A DNA stretch of 64,000 nucleotides, taken from Bacteroidota bacterium. GTDB lineage: Bacteria; Bacteroidota; Bacteroidia; Bacteroidales; FEN-979. Shown piece after piece: positions 53,819 to 63,792 of this stretch. The first letter of the stretch is position 1; every line of letters begins with the position of its first letter. A model generated the notes under the pieces. The model saw nothing but the letters and a program-made list of their open reading frames with translations, was not told where the DNA came from and ran no database searches. The position numbers were made by a program, and so were the translations under genes. The stretch is from positions 1,267-65,266 of the forward strand of contig JBAXBP010000001.1 in assembly GCA_037141915.1 (NCBI GenBank). The letters are read 5' to 3'.

Positions 53819-55432
53819 ATGAAAAACCATTTAACTGAATCACCTGCCTGGAAATTGCTTGAGAACCATTTCCGGGCTGTTAAAGACATATCGCTAAGGA
53901 CCCTTTTCAGCGAAGATCCTTCCAGGGCAGAACGTTTCCGAATTCAGGATGAAGGGATATATTTTGATTATTCAAAGCACAGGATCACTTCCGAAACCAT
54001 GGTTCTGCTTTTTGCCCTTGCCCGTGAAAGAGGGCTGGGCAAAAGGATAGCTGCCATGTTCTCGGGCGAAAAGATCAACATCACCGAGAACAGGGCCGTA
54101 CTTCACACCGCTTTAAGGGCCCCGAAGGGATCAACCGTCATGGTTGAGGGCCATAACGTGGTTCCTGATGTACATCAGGTACTTGAGAAGATGAGCCGTT
54201 TTGCAAAAAGCATCCGGGGAGGGGAATGGAAAGGATTTACAGGCGCCCCGATAAAGAATATTGTCAATATCGGAATAGGGGGATCCGACCTGGGCCCGGT
54301 CATGGCCTATGAAGCCCTGAAATTCTATTCGCACAGGGACCTTGCATTTCGTTTTGTATCAAACATTGACGGGAACGATTTTTCAGAGGCGGTTCAGGAC
54401 CTGTCTCCTGAAGAAACTCTTTTCATAGTTTCATCAAAGACCTTCACCACTCTTGAAACCATGACCAATGCCCGCACGGCAAGGAAATGGCTGCTTGACA
54501 AACTGGCTGATGATAAAGCTGTCGCAAGGCATTTCGTTGCTGTCTCAACCAATGAAAAAGAAGTCGCAGCCTTCGGTATCGACACTGCGAATATGTTTGG
54601 GTTCTGGGACTGGGTAGGAGGAAGGTACTCATTGGATTCTGCCATAGGATTGTCGACTATGCTGGCTATAGGGCCGGATAATTTTTATCTGCTGCTGGAT
54701 GGCTTTCACCAGATGGACGAGCATTTCCGCTCTGCGCCGTTTGAAAGGAACATTCCTGTGATCATGGGACTCCTGGGGGTCTGGTATATTGATTTTTTCG
54801 GGTTCAGCTCACAGGCTGTTCTGCCTTACGAAAACTACCTGAAACGATTCCCGGCATACCTTCAGCAGCTTACCATGGAAAGCAACGGCAAACAGGTTAC
54901 GCTTGATGGTGACCGGGTTGATTATAATACCGGGGCTATTTACTGGGGAGAGCCGGGGACCAATGGCCAGCATTCGTTTTACCAGATGATACACCAGGGA
55001 ACTTCAATCATCCCATGCGACTTTATCGGCTTCAGGACTTCGCTGAACCATCTTGCGCTTCACCAGGACTATCTCATTGCAAACATGATCGCACAGGGCG
55101 AGGCCCTCGCCTTTGGGAAGTCCGTAAACGAAGTTAAAAATGAAGGGGTGCCTGGCAGCCTGGTGCCGCATAAGGTGTTTGAAGGGAACCGGCCGTCATC
55201 GGTGTTCTTCATGGAAAAACTCACACCCGGCGAGTTGGGCAAACTGGTTGCGATGTATGAGCATGCAGTTTACGCCCAGGGTGTGATATGGGGGATCAAT
55301 CCCTTTGACCAGATGGGGGTTGAACTCGGGAAAGTGCTCGCAATGAAAATCATCCCCGAGCTTCTTGACAGGGACAGGCCTTTGCAGCATGATACATCCA
55401 CGAATGAACTCATAGATTTTTACAGGGGCTGA
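53819..55432 (+). CDS. pgi: Glucose-6-phosphate isomerase
   Basis: 537 aa with canonical PGI motifs (...[12 protein letters not shown]..., ...[13 protein letters not shown]..., ...[11 protein letters not shown]..., ...ESNGK..., ...[14 protein letters not shown]...). Confidence 0.95.
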   Translation: MKNHLTESPAWKLLENHFRAVKDISLRTLFSEDPSRAERFRIQDEGIYFDYSKHRITSETMVLLFALARERGLGKRIAAMFSGEKINITENRAVLHTALRAPKGSTVMVEGHNVVPDVHQVLEKMSRFAKSIRGGEWKGFTGAPIKNIVNIGIGGSDLGPVMAYEALKFYSHRDLAFRFVSNIDGNDFSEAVQDLSPEETLFIVSSKTFTTLETMTNARTARKWLLDKLADDKAVARHFVAVSTNEKEVAAFGIDTANMFGFWDWVGGRYSLDSAIGLSTMLAIGPDNFYLLLDGFHQMDEHFRSAPFERNIPVIMGLLGVWYIDFFGFSSQAVLPYENYLKRFPAYLQQLTMESNGKQVTLDGDRVDYNTGAIYWGEPGTNGQHSFYQMIHQGTSIIPCDFIGFRTSLNHLALHQDYLIANMIAQGEALAFGKSVNEVKNEGVPGSLVPHKVFEGNRPSSVFFMEKLTPGELGKLVAMYEHAVYAQGVIWGINPFDQMGVELGKVLAMKIIPELLDRDRPLQHDTSTNELIDFYRG

Positions 55433-55453
55433 TTCCTCTCCCGCTGAGGGCTT

Positions 55454-55999
55454 TTACCAGGCTTTATCGGCAGCATCCAGCTGCCGGCGGCAGTTATGGC
55501 AAAGATGCTGATCTTTCTGGTCAATATCTTCAACGTAAGTGCCTGAACGCATTACACAATCGGGTGTCATGCAGTGGATCAATCCAAAGGTGTGCCCCAG
55601 TTCGTGTATCACCTCTTTTGTGAATCTTTCGAGCAGAAGTTGGTCATCGGGTGCGATGCCATAGCGTTCATTGCTTAACCTGTACAGGGATGCAATCCCT
55701 GCATGCCCGTTCAACTCGGCCTGGCCAAAAATATAGGTCAGGATGGGGATAAAAAGATCCACGCTGAACATGCCTACCGTCTTCAGGGTCTGTGGCATCG
55801 ACAAATTGTTAACGGCATGTAATAATTTATTCCCGTTATACTGTCTCCTGCCAGGATCGAAAAATTCACTTAAATCAAGATGGGATTCTTTTATGATGAC
55901 CGAATATTTAAATTCCAGTTTAACAGCTTCTGCTATCTTCTCAAGAAAATGTTTCCCGAAATACCCAAAGGAAATCAGTGTGATATTTGGTTGAGTCAT
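55454..55999 (-). CDS. Archaemetzincin-family zinc metalloprotease
   Basis: HELGHTFGLIHC (HExxHxxGxxH) followed by the Cys4-type second site C..PDC...C.NC. 181 aa. Confidence 0.85.
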   Translation of the reverse strand: MTQPNITLISFGYFGKHFLEKIAEAVKLEFKYSVIIKESHLDLSEFFDPGRRQYNGNKLLHAVNNLSMPQTLKTVGMFSVDLFIPILTYIFGQAELNGHAGIASLYRLSNERYGIAPDDQLLLERFTKEVIHELGHTFGLIHCMTPDCVMRSGTYVEDIDQKDQHLCHNCRRQLDAADKAW

Positions 56000-56068
56000 C
56001 AGGAAATTATCAGGTTAAAATAGTTTTATATCCTGGGGGGATAAGTTGCTATGGCCGGTATGCAGTGA

Positions 56069-57409
56069 TCATTCATCGGGCTTCAGGTCATACTTTTTGA
56101 TCTTGTTGTACAGAGTTACCCTGTCGACTTTCAATGCCTTGGCTGTACGGGTAATATTCCAGCTGTATTTATTCAGGATCTGGCGGATAAAGGTTTTTTC
56201 AAAATCATCCAGGCTCTCTATTGAATTATCGATCATGTCCTTTCCGAAAGGCAGGTCTTTCAGGGTGATCTTCTTTCCGTTCCCTATTACAATGGCCCTT
56301 TCTATCATGTTTTCCAGTTCACGGATATTGCCGGGGAAGGGATATTCCCCCAGTCTTTGCATAGCAGCGTCATCAATGGTGATAAGCGGCTTGTTCATGG
56401 TAGTGCAGTACTTTTTAATAAAATAATCGACAAGCAGGGGAATGTCTTCAACCCTCTCGCGCAGCGGAGGAACGTTGATATTAACCACGTTCAGTCGGTA
56501 GTAGAGATCTTCCCTGAACGTGCCCTGCTCAACCATGCTTTTCAGGTCCCGGTTGGTTGCACAAATGACCCTGAAATCAGAGGATGTTTCCTTGTTTCCA
56601 CCGACCCTCACGAACGATTTGGTTTCAAGTACCCTCAGTAATTCGATCTGCATTTTCGGGGAGATGGTAGCTATTTCATCCAGGAAGATGGTACCGCTGT
56701 CGGCCATCTCAAACCTGCCTTTACGGTTGTACATGGCCCCGGTAAAAGCCCCTTTCTCATGGCCGAACAATTCGCTTTCGAGGAGGCTTTCGGTAAGGGC
56801 GCCGCAATGAACGCTGACAAGGGGATAGTATTTGCGGGAGGAATTGGCATGAATAGCCCGTGCAATCAATTCTTTTCCTGTCCCACTTTCACCGGTGATG
56901 ATGACTGAAGAATTTGACTGTGCGACGCTCTCAACCTGTTTCAGAACTTCTTTCATGGCTTGACTGTTCCCGATCAGGTCTTCAACGTTGTCAAGGGAAA
57001 TGACTTTGTTTTTCAGGGTCTCATTCTCCTGGGCCAGCAAGATCTGTTTTGAGGCATTGCGTATAAGGTGCGAAAGATCGTCGGGGTCAAACGGTTTCGT
57101 GACATAGTCAAAAGCCCCGTCCTTTAATGCCATGACAGCTGTATTGACACTTGCAAAGGCCGTCATCACAATGACGATCGAATCATTCCTTAGCGATTTG
57201 ATCCTCCTGAGCATTTCCAGCCCGTCCATGCCAGGCATTTTTATGTCGGCCAGGATGATATCAAAATGTGAGGATTCAATGAGCTGCAACGCTTTTTTTG
57301 CATTTTCGGCGCAATCCACATGGTAGCCGTCTTCAATAAACCAGTTGCTTAAAGAATCCCTTACAGATTCTTCGTCGTCAACGACTAAGATTGAAATCTT
57401 TCTGGCCAT
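56069..57409 (-). CDS. Sigma-54-dependent response regulator (REC + AAA+ + Fis-type HTH; NtrC class)
   Basis: REC domain (ILVVDDEESVRDSL...DIILADIKMPGMDG...). Walker A GESGTGKE, the sigma-54 contact loop GAFTGA (EKGAFTGA), and a C-terminal HTH ...NITRTAKALKVDRVTLYNKIKKY. Confidence 0.9.
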   Translation of the reverse strand: MARKISILVVDDEESVRDSLSNWFIEDGYHVDCAENAKKALQLIESSHFDIILADIKMPGMDGLEMLRRIKSLRNDSIVIVMTAFASVNTAVMALKDGAFDYVTKPFDPDDLSHLIRNASKQILLAQENETLKNKVISLDNVEDLIGNSQAMKEVLKQVESVAQSNSSVIITGESGTGKELIARAIHANSSRKYYPLVSVHCGALTESLLESELFGHEKGAFTGAMYNRKGRFEMADSGTIFLDEIATISPKMQIELLRVLETKSFVRVGGNKETSSDFRVICATNRDLKSMVEQGTFREDLYYRLNVVNINVPPLRERVEDIPLLVDYFIKKYCTTMNKPLITIDDAAMQRLGEYPFPGNIRELENMIERAIVIGNGKKITLKDLPFGKDMIDNSIESLDDFEKTFIRQILNKYSWNITRTAKALKVDRVTLYNKIKKYDLKPDE

Positions 57410-57421
57410 TATATTTTCATC

Positions 57422-59074
57422 TTAAGTTCTTATCAAAGGTATGGTTATCGAGAAAGTCGTACCCTGCCCCGGCTCGGACTTAACCTGTATCTTGCCGTTA
57501 TGGCTTTGGATAATTCCATGTACAATAGCGAGCCCAAGCCCGATCCCGCTGGCTTTCTGCTTGGTCGAAAAGAAGGGTTCGAAAATATGGGGAATGTCTT
57601 CCGCAGATATCCCAATTCCATTATCGATGATCTCGAATCTTATATTTTCTTCGTTCGGATTTAGTGTGCGTATGGTGATCTCCCCGTTTTCATGAACGGC
57701 TTCACTTGAATTCACCAGCATGGCCACGCAGGCCTGCTTGATCTGGTTGGGGCTGCAGTAGATCAGGTCGGAGGTTGCCGTTAAATCGGTGTAGAAATGA
57801 ATGTTCGCAATTTTTATCGGGTGGGTCATTAATTCGTATGTCTCCTGCAAAATCTCATGCAAATGACGGGGCTCGAAATCCTCCTGGTCTTTCTTTGAGA
57901 ACTCCAACAGTCCTTTGACAATATCACCGCAGCGTTTGGCTTCACCTTCGATAAGCTTTAAATGTTTCAGCATGGAATCTCTTTTGCTGGCATATAATTC
58001 GGGATTGCTCAGCTGTTTATAGATCAGCTTGGTGTAAATGAGGATCCCCGATAAGGGATTGTTGATTTCATGGGCCACCGAGGATGACAGTTTCCCTAAT
58101 GAAGCGAGACGTTCAATATGGATCATCTCATTCTGTGCCGCGCTTAACTCTTCAGATTTCTTCTGGACTTTGTATTCCAGCTGCTGGGACCAGTTTTCCA
58201 GCTCGTTTGTTGCAGCCTGCAGGTTGTCAAGCATCTCGTTAAATGCATAGGAAACCATTTTCATATCCTCAAGCTGGTTGGGCTTGATCACAAGGCGGGT
58301 ACTGGTATCACCGTTTGCTACTGAGATACTTGCTTTGACCAGGGCATTCAGGGGCTTTTTGATATTCTGCCGGGTGAATATCATAAGGACCGCTAAAAGC
58401 ACAAGTGTCGCAAGGATAGCAAGAAGGAAAAATTTGGTCGAAGAGGTTTGTATGGCGGTATCAAGTTCGGCCAGCGGTATCTTTATAATAAGTGAGCCAA
58501 GGATCTCTTCACTGGCGGGGTGGGCGTGGCAGGAACTTTCATAGCAGGATTTCTCGTTAAGAATGGGCAGTTTGATCAGAAGATGCCTGCTTTTATTGTC
58601 GTTGTGATTCATCCTGCAATAGCTGTCGGCATTGATGATCTTGTAATGCCTGCCTTTGCCGGGGAACATGGAGCCCAGATTGTTATGGCAGCTGAGGCAG
58701 TTGGGATTGCTATGTGAAGTGCTGGTGTCTCCGGGAATGGAGGTGTAAACCAGGTTGTCATTGTTGTCGTACATGTTTACTTCATCAATCCCAGGCATGG
58801 TATTGATGATATCGAGGGTATTCTGAAGAGTGCTTTTGTCATTCTCAAGCATGGAATGATAAAGGGATCCTCCTACAATAGAGCCGATGTTGTTCCCGTT
58901 CTGGCGGATCACGGTATTCAGATACTGCTCGTTGACCGAACGGAAAATGATACTGAAGGAAACGAAAAGAAGTACTGATGTAATGAAAATGACAAGAACA
59001 ACCCGGCTGTATATCGATGAGCGGAACTGGACGTACTTCAGGAAAATCGACGTTAAGGTATTGTTTTTACTCAT
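57422..59074 (-). CDS. Sensor histidine kinase with a periplasmic domain carrying c-haem binding motifs; HAMP, HisKA, HATPase_c
   Basis: TM1 (VVLVIFITSVLLFVSFSIIF). The ~170-aa periplasmic region contains CLSCH (encoded at 58685..58699) and CYESSCH (58526..58546). TM2, HAMP, the H-box SVAHEINNPL, and N/G boxes (NSSEA..., DNGIGI..., GIGLGL) follow. I prefer the ATG at 59072..59074. The track start at 59119 is a GTG sitting inside a terminator-like hairpin. Confidence 0.85.
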   Translation of the reverse strand: MSKNNTLTSIFLKYVQFRSSIYSRVVLVIFITSVLLFVSFSIIFRSVNEQYLNTVIRQNGNNIGSIVGGSLYHSMLENDKSTLQNTLDIINTMPGIDEVNMYDNNDNLVYTSIPGDTSTSHSNPNCLSCHNNLGSMFPGKGRHYKIINADSYCRMNHNDNKSRHLLIKLPILNEKSCYESSCHAHPASEEILGSLIIKIPLAELDTAIQTSSTKFFLLAILATLVLLAVLMIFTRQNIKKPLNALVKASISVANGDTSTRLVIKPNQLEDMKMVSYAFNEMLDNLQAATNELENWSQQLEYKVQKKSEELSAAQNEMIHIERLASLGKLSSSVAHEINNPLSGILIYTKLIYKQLSNPELYASKRDSMLKHLKLIEGEAKRCGDIVKGLLEFSKKDQEDFEPRHLHEILQETYELMTHPIKIANIHFYTDLTATSDLIYCSPNQIKQACVAMLVNSSEAVHENGEITIRTLNPNEENIRFEIIDNGIGISAEDIPHIFEPFFSTKQKASGIGLGLAIVHGIIQSHNGKIQVKSEPGQGTTFSITIPLIRT

Positions 59075-59092
59075 AGGATGATAATCACTGCA

Positions 59093-59126
59093 ATATAAAA
59101 AAAACTGGCGATTTGACACCAGTTTT
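59093..59126 (-). terminator. Candidate intrinsic terminator after the four-gene operon, upstream of the kinase gene
   Basis: The minus strand reads AAAACTGG-(10-nt loop)-CCAGTTTT followed by TTTTATATTG. The stem is 8-9 bp and GC-poor, with 8 consecutive T in total. Confidence 0.35.
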
Positions 59127-59173
59127 TATACTAATTCAATGTTAATGAAGCAAGGTCGTGATTTTCTCCGGTA

Positions 59174-59902
59174 TCAGCTTATCGCTTCCCCGGGGGTTAA
59201 AAATGCCTTTTGAAAATCCTTCCAGATCTCTGGTGGCAGGTCGGGAAGAAGGTGGTCCCTCAGTTCGCCTCCGTCCTGAAAGGTTACCCCTGAGGCCTCG
59301 GGGGTATACTTCGGCATAGTGGTAGCCAGAAAGTCCTTGAACCTCAACAGTTCCATCTGTGACCAATCGGTTGCTGCCTCGGCCAGATAATATGAACTGG
59401 TTTCGGCTGTCCAGTTTACCGGTTTGATTTTATAGAGCCATCCCAATCCGTATGGATCTTCGTTCATAAGCCCGGGCTGTTCATTGAGAACCGGATTTGT
59501 TCCTGTGATACTGCCTGAGACAGGTGAATAGATCTCCAGAACTTTTCCTTCATGTTCAATCACGGACATTAATTCACCTTTTGCGATTTTCTCTTCGTAT
59601 TTTTTCAGGAAAGTCACACTGACTTCGCCTGTGATGTGCAGAAGCAGATCATCAATGCCGACTTTTGCAATGCCTGATTTTGAAAGGTGAGCCCAGGTAT
59701 GGCTGTTACTGTGGAAAACCCCCTGGGGGATTTTTAAAACACTGGTGGTAAGAATTCCAAAAGCCTTTTGGAGCTGGTGTTTTATCTTCACTTTCCTGTT
59801 CAGCATGATGGAGAAAGGAATAAGCAGGGCGAGGAATGCGATAATGATGAGGTATTCCATCCCCTTTGTCTCAAAAATATTGTAATAACTGAAGCCGTCC
59901 AT
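59174..59902 (-). CDS. Single-pass membrane protein with a GcvH-fold (glycine cleavage H-like) domain and a conserved ~70-aa C-terminal tail
   Basis: From the ATG at 59900..59902: MDGFSYYNIFETKGMEYLIIIAFLALLIPFSIML-NRKVKIKHQLQK (a TM segment, then a positive patch). GcvH signature ...HTWAHLSKSGIAKVGIDDLLLHITGEV...GELMSVIEHEGKVLEIYSPVSGSITGTNPVLNEQPGLMNEDPYGLGWLYKIKP. Tail ...LLRFKDFLATTMPKYTPEASGVTFQDGGELRDHLLPDLPPEIWKDFQKAFL. Confidence 0.7.
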   Translation of the reverse strand: MDGFSYYNIFETKGMEYLIIIAFLALLIPFSIMLNRKVKIKHQLQKAFGILTTSVLKIPQGVFHSNSHTWAHLSKSGIAKVGIDDLLLHITGEVSVTFLKKYEEKIAKGELMSVIEHEGKVLEIYSPVSGSITGTNPVLNEQPGLMNEDPYGLGWLYKIKPVNWTAETSSYYLAEAATDWSQMELLRFKDFLATTMPKYTPEASGVTFQDGGELRDHLLPDLPPEIWKDFQKAFLTPGEAIS

Positions 59903-59927
59903 ATAATTTAGATTTACGATTGATATT

Positions 59928-61154
59928 TTATTCTTGTTTCTTTGCCCAGGAAGGGGAATCACGCAGCACCGGCATACGGTTGATGACCCACCTGAAAATC
60001 CATAATTCAGTAAATATCACGGTGAGGGTTACCACCACTTCCATCCAGGAAGGAATATAATGAACGGCAGCATCCCATCTGAAGCCGATCACCGTGACAT
60101 TCAGCCTGTTCAGTATGATCCCGAGTATAGTCATGACAGAGGCTATACGGGCAAGTTTGATGTTATTCGTCCTGTAGCTGTAAAAAAAGAGCAGCATCGG
60201 AAGGAATACGAACCCCAGCATTTCAAGCAGGTACCAGTATCCCATTGGAGTGTTGATAAGGTCCCAGTGCCTTTCATGAATGAAGACCAGAACCTGCAGG
60301 AAGAAGTAAGCGAACATGGCACCAGCACAGATCTTTGAAAGGCCTAAAATGATACCATTCTGGGCATGGTGGTCTTTATCGCTGATTTGTTTAAAAAACA
60401 CCTTATGGCTGATAGAACCTTCGAAGATGACCATCGAAAGTCCGGCAAATATGCTGGAAACGAAAAACATGATAGGGATGAATTCCGAATACCATAAGGG
60501 GTGAATTTTCTCTTTTGCCATCAGGTAAAGAGCTCCGAGGCCCGACTGATGCAGGGTTGAAAGCGTAATTCCGAAAATTACGGCCCCGATGGTCATGCCT
60601 GATAATATCTTATGTATCCTTCTGGCACCCAGCCATTCGGCAACTGCAGGAGAAAATTCAATCAGCTGGGCGATCATATACAGCAGAAAATGCCATGCCA
60701 CCAGGAAAAGCACCGAATTCACGCCGAAATTATTTCCTATGATGGGGTTAATGACATTCCATGGGCGGCCAAGATCAAGAAGGAGGGCGCCGGCGTAGAA
60801 TACATAGGCAAGAAAGCCGTTCAGAACAGTCACCCTGACGATGGAATGATACTTTTTCATATTCAGGATGTATACCATGAATGTGAGCACATAAGCTCCC
60901 CCTGCAAAGGCAACGCCGGTAACCACGTCAAAGCCGATCCATAAGCCCCAGGGAACATCCTGGGTGAGGTTGGTGATTGCACCTATCCCTTTCCAGAAAC
61001 GGATGATGATCAGCACAATTCCCAGCAGTATTATGGGTACCGAAATGATGTTGAACGGAGTAAGGATTTTCCCTTTTGGTTTAAGTTCGCCCATGAAGAA
61101 CTTCAGGATTGGTTTCCCTTCATTATCCGGTGCCATGGTGATCTCTTTACTCAT
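59928..61154 (-). CDS. NrfD/PsrC-family polytopic membrane (quinone-interacting) subunit
   Basis: 408 aa with ~10 TM segments. The N-terminus ...ILTPFNIISVPIILLGIVLIIIRFWKGIGAITNLTQDVPWGLWIGFDV is typical of NrfD/HybB/DsrP-like proteins. The ATGA overlaps the upstream ferredoxin gene. Confidence 0.85.
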   Translation of the reverse strand: MSKEITMAPDNEGKPILKFFMGELKPKGKILTPFNIISVPIILLGIVLIIIRFWKGIGAITNLTQDVPWGLWIGFDVVTGVAFAGGAYVLTFMVYILNMKKYHSIVRVTVLNGFLAYVFYAGALLLDLGRPWNVINPIIGNNFGVNSVLFLVAWHFLLYMIAQLIEFSPAVAEWLGARRIHKILSGMTIGAVIFGITLSTLHQSGLGALYLMAKEKIHPLWYSEFIPIMFFVSSIFAGLSMVIFEGSISHKVFFKQISDKDHHAQNGIILGLSKICAGAMFAYFFLQVLVFIHERHWDLINTPMGYWYLLEMLGFVFLPMLLFFYSYRTNNIKLARIASVMTILGIILNRLNVTVIGFRWDAAVHYIPSWMEVVVTLTVIFTELWIFRWVINRMPVLRDSPSWAKKQE

Positions 61155-62014
61155 ACTTCGTCCTCCTCGTTTTGGTTCTCTTTCTTAGTCGCCTGCTGAA
61201 TGCCCAGGAGCAGTGCCGGGAAAAGCACAAATATGGAAGGCACGCTGTAAAGAAATCCCTTGGTGAGTGCAGGATAAGATCCTTTATGAAGGTTGGTCTT
61301 CATCCCGAGTTCCTTGAAGCGGACGGGAGAAAGGTACATCCAGCATGTCCCTCCGGCTTCATGTTCACCATAGAGGTAATCGACATACAGTTTCGGATTT
61401 TCAACGATACGTTTGCGTGCTTCGCTCAGGAGCTGGCGTCGGGTGCCATAAAACAAGGCCTCATTCGGACAGTTTGCAGCGCAGGCGGGCATTTCGCCTG
61501 TCTTCAGCCTGTTGTAACACATGTCGCATTTCTGGATCTTCGGATTAGGGCTGTGGTATTCAAACTTAGGTATGTCGAAAGGGCAGGAGACCATGCAATA
61601 ACGGCATCCCATGCATTTTTCACCCCTCCAGATCACAGGCCCGGCTTTGGTTTTATGCATGGCCTGCGTAAGGCAGGCTGCAACACAGGCGGGCTCATTG
61701 CAATGCATGCATTGCATTTTAATGAACACCTTGCCTTTGGAGGTATTGTATTCGTTGACGACCGTTCGTTTTGTTTCGCTGGTTTTCCTCACCGGGGGCA
61801 GGTCCTTAGCCGGATCGGGCGGAGGCAGTCCGTTGGCATCGGCACAGTCGTATTCGCAACCATGGCATCCCTTGCATCGGGCTGAGTCATAAAGTACACC
61901 TCGAAATTCTATTTCATCATTCCCTTTTGGGGCGGCTTTCAGGTCCCTTCCTATGGTGAGCGCTGCTCCTGTTACACCGAGGACCCTGAAAAATCCACGT
62001 CGATTGATACTCAT
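61151..62014 (-). CDS. Tat-exported NrfC/HybA-type 4x[4Fe-4S] ferredoxin subunit with C-terminal membrane anchor
   Basis: Tat signal MSINRRGFFRVLGVTGAALTIG. Four Cys clusters (CKGCHGCEYDC, CMHCNEPACVAAC, CMGCRYCMVSCP, CDMCYNRLKTGEMPACAANCP). C-terminal hydrophobic helix FLYSVPSIFVLFPALLLGI. Confidence 0.85.
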   Translation of the reverse strand: MSINRRGFFRVLGVTGAALTIGRDLKAAPKGNDEIEFRGVLYDSARCKGCHGCEYDCADANGLPPPDPAKDLPPVRKTSETKRTVVNEYNTSKGKVFIKMQCMHCNEPACVAACLTQAMHKTKAGPVIWRGEKCMGCRYCMVSCPFDIPKFEYHSPNPKIQKCDMCYNRLKTGEMPACAANCPNEALFYGTRRQLLSEARKRIVENPKLYVDYLYGEHEAGGTCWMYLSPVRFKELGMKTNLHKGSYPALTKGFLYSVPSIFVLFPALLLGIQQATKKENQNEEDEV

Positions 62015-62058
62015 GGTCTTTGTTTTTATATTGTGGATAGCTCAGTATGACCTTTAAT

Positions 62059-63756
62059 TTATCTTGATGTATTAATGAACTTTGTCTGGAAATCTTCCCA
62101 GACTTCAGGACCGAGATCAGCCAGAACATTATCTTTGAGAGCTCCTCCATCCTGGAGGATAAGCCCTGCCTGCATGGGAGTGTGGACCTGCATTGAAGCT
62201 GCAAGGAAATCCTTCAGACGGGCAAATTCAGCCGTTAACCAGGTCTTGTATTTGTCGGCCATAGAAAGAAATTCAATTTCTCTCACCCAGTTGCTGGGTT
62301 CTATCATGTATACCCATCCTTCGGCATAGGGCGAGTCATTAATAATGGTGGAATTCCACGACAGAAGATGATTAAATGCCTTTATGGTGCCTGAAACAGG
62401 AGCATACACGTTAAGCTGTTTACCTTTCTGGATAATGATGCAAAGCTTCTCGCCTTTGTTGATCCTGTCACCCTGTTTTTTCATCCCTATGCTGGTGATG
62501 GGGCCTGTTATATGCTGCAGGAAATCATCAATGCCAACTTTCACACTACCGTCCTGTTCCATGAAGGCCCAGGTATGTGTTTTATCAAAATACAGCCCTT
62601 TAGGAGCGATCACGTTGCTTTCATCAAACCCTTCGACACTCTCCAGTAATACACCAGTTGACTTTGATTTGCCTGTCCTGAACCTGCTGATCACAATATC
62701 GAGGACGAAACTGATGAGGATTACAAACACCAGGATGGTGATGGTAATTCTCCAAAAGGAATTACTTTCCTTCGGAGCTTCTGCGATAGTATATTGTGGT
62801 GCATTTAGTTTATAGAGCTGTGACTGCCTTTCATTGCTGACAAGATCACTGTACCCGTTGGGATTCAATAAATTCTGCCCTGATCCAAGGATCCAGGCCA
62901 GAAAATTCAATTCAGCCGGAGCTGATGGCATGGAAGTGGAAGCGGCATAAATGTTCCTGGTAAGTTCAGCGGGATACTTCCCTATCCAAACCCCTCTTGT
63001 GAAATCCCGGGAATTGCCATAAATATCTTCCATATAATCCATCCTGCCGTTAGAGTTCTTATCGATGGGCATCAGGCGGATGTTCTCAGCGATATTTTCA
63101 GTATTTGGCTTAAGAATATCGTTCAGCCTGCAAAAACCAATGGTATAAGGGTCGTTCTGCAGAGAGAATAACAAAGCATCCCTGCTTTCACTTTGAATAC
63201 CTGCCAGGCCTTCCTTGCCGGTCTTAAGGTAACCTTCTACTCCCGAGCGTATCAATTCATCATTCAGGATAACATATTTCACCGGGGTCTGATTCCCGTT
63301 ATTAAGCAGGGTTCCCCATTTCATTTTCCCGGGAGCCATGAAACTGCTTGCGAGGGCTTCACGCGATATACCTTTCTCGCTTATTTCCTTGAGAAAAGGA
63401 TTTTTAGAACTGATCACGGGAACTATTATTTCGCGGCCGACGATCACCTGGAAACCAGATACATTCTTTTTGCCAGCGCGAAACTCCTGAGATGCAAAGC
63501 AAATATCATTCCCTGAACCCAGGCGGACGGCAATATCGTTTGCAGGAAGCCTGGAGACTTTGATATTCCTACCCGGATTTAAAGTATTGTAATCCCTGGC
63601 CCAGCCCGATGTAAGATCGTATAATGCCGGCGTACTGTATACAGTAATTGAACCCTGGTCGGTTGACTTGATCTGGTTTTCTGCATTTAAACTATCCGAA
63701 TTGCTGAAGCAAAGAAGGGTAAGCAGGCAGATGATTGATAATACTTTTGTTTTCAT
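62059..63756 (-). CDS. Fusion protein: signal peptide, periplasmic PstS-like (type 2 PBP) domain, one TM helix, GcvH-fold domain and the conserved C-terminal tail
   Basis: Signal peptide MKTKVLSIICLLTLLCFSNS. PBP-like region ITVYSTPALYDLTSGWARDYNTL...NIKVSRLPANDIAVRLGSGNDICFAS.... TM FWRITITILVFVILISFVLDIVI followed by SRFRTGKSKS. GcvH signature THTWAFMEQDGSVKVGIDDFLQHITGPI...GEKLCIIIQKGKQLNVYAPVSGTIKAFNHLL...INDSPYAEGWVYMIEP. Tail FARLKDFLAASMQVHTPMQAGLILQDGGALKDNVLADLGPEVWEDFQTKF. Confidence 0.7.
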   Translation of the reverse strand: MKTKVLSIICLLTLLCFSNSDSLNAENQIKSTDQGSITVYSTPALYDLTSGWARDYNTLNPGRNIKVSRLPANDIAVRLGSGNDICFASQEFRAGKKNVSGFQVIVGREIIVPVISSKNPFLKEISEKGISREALASSFMAPGKMKWGTLLNNGNQTPVKYVILNDELIRSGVEGYLKTGKEGLAGIQSESRDALLFSLQNDPYTIGFCRLNDILKPNTENIAENIRLMPIDKNSNGRMDYMEDIYGNSRDFTRGVWIGKYPAELTRNIYAASTSMPSAPAELNFLAWILGSGQNLLNPNGYSDLVSNERQSQLYKLNAPQYTIAEAPKESNSFWRITITILVFVILISFVLDIVISRFRTGKSKSTGVLLESVEGFDESNVIAPKGLYFDKTHTWAFMEQDGSVKVGIDDFLQHITGPITSIGMKKQGDRINKGEKLCIIIQKGKQLNVYAPVSGTIKAFNHLLSWNSTIINDSPYAEGWVYMIEPSNWVREIEFLSMADKYKTWLTAEFARLKDFLAASMQVHTPMQAGLILQDGGALKDNVLADLGPEVWEDFQTKFINTSR

Positions 63757-63792
63757 GGCTTTATTATTTCGTATTCTGGTTACAAATACAAT

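Noticed and set aside
59075-59119. N-terminal 15-residue extension of the sensor kinase in the ORF track
   Set aside because: It starts at GTG and overlaps a hairpin-plus-T-run that looks like the upstream operon terminator. The ATG at 59072..59074, directly preceding the first TM helix, is preferred.
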